Below are positions 15,987 to 16,001 of a stretch of DNA of 16,001 nucleotides, piece by piece. The stretch is from an uncultured Pseudomonadota bacterium (GTDB lineage Bacteria > SAR324 > NAC60-12): NCBI GenBank assembly GCA_913020725.1, contig CAJWCD010000086.1, positions 1 through 16,001 on the forward strand. Reading direction: 5' to 3'. A program made the position numbers and the translations under genes. The notes below the pieces were generated by a model. It did not search any database, was not told where the DNA came from, and saw only the letters and a list, made by a program, of their open reading frames with translations. Within the stretch, counting starts at the first letter, position 1, and every line of letters starts with the position of its first letter.

Positions 15987-16001
15987 AGCCTTTCAAACCG
16001 A

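Noticed and set aside
1..16001. CRISPR array, rRNA or transposase
   Set aside because: No regularly spaced repeats, rRNA-like sequence or transposase motifs were seen.

Overview
The window holds a bacterial myo-inositol/cyclitol catabolic cluster, all on the + strand. Gene order: a 5'-truncated ORF with weak URO-D/MtaA-like motifs; a sigma70-type promoter with palindromic operator candidates; a sugar ABC transporter (binding protein, an unusually long permease, a single-domain ATPase); a PhyH-family Fe(II)/2-oxoglutarate dioxygenase; iolC fused to a DUF2090 aldolase-like domain; iolB; iolD; iolE; a Gfo/Idh/MocA oxidoreductase; and an IlvD/Edd-family sugar-acid dehydratase. The most striking feature is largely missed by the ORF track: three different type II toxin-antitoxin modules sit in the gene junctions, at three stages of decay. 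(1) Between iolC and iolB, a Gp49/RelE-like toxin plus XRE antitoxin, each with a nonsense codon and a frameshift. (2) Between iolD and iolE, an antisense higBA remnant collapsed to a toxin N-half joined to an antitoxin C-tail. (3) Between the oxidoreductase and the dehydratase, an intact and probably leaderless hicAB. Each has a palindrome just upstream of its toxin start. The PhyH dioxygenase embedded in the iol genes is a candidate for an undescribed entry step for modified inositols. All family calls come from motif recognition by eye; no searches were run.
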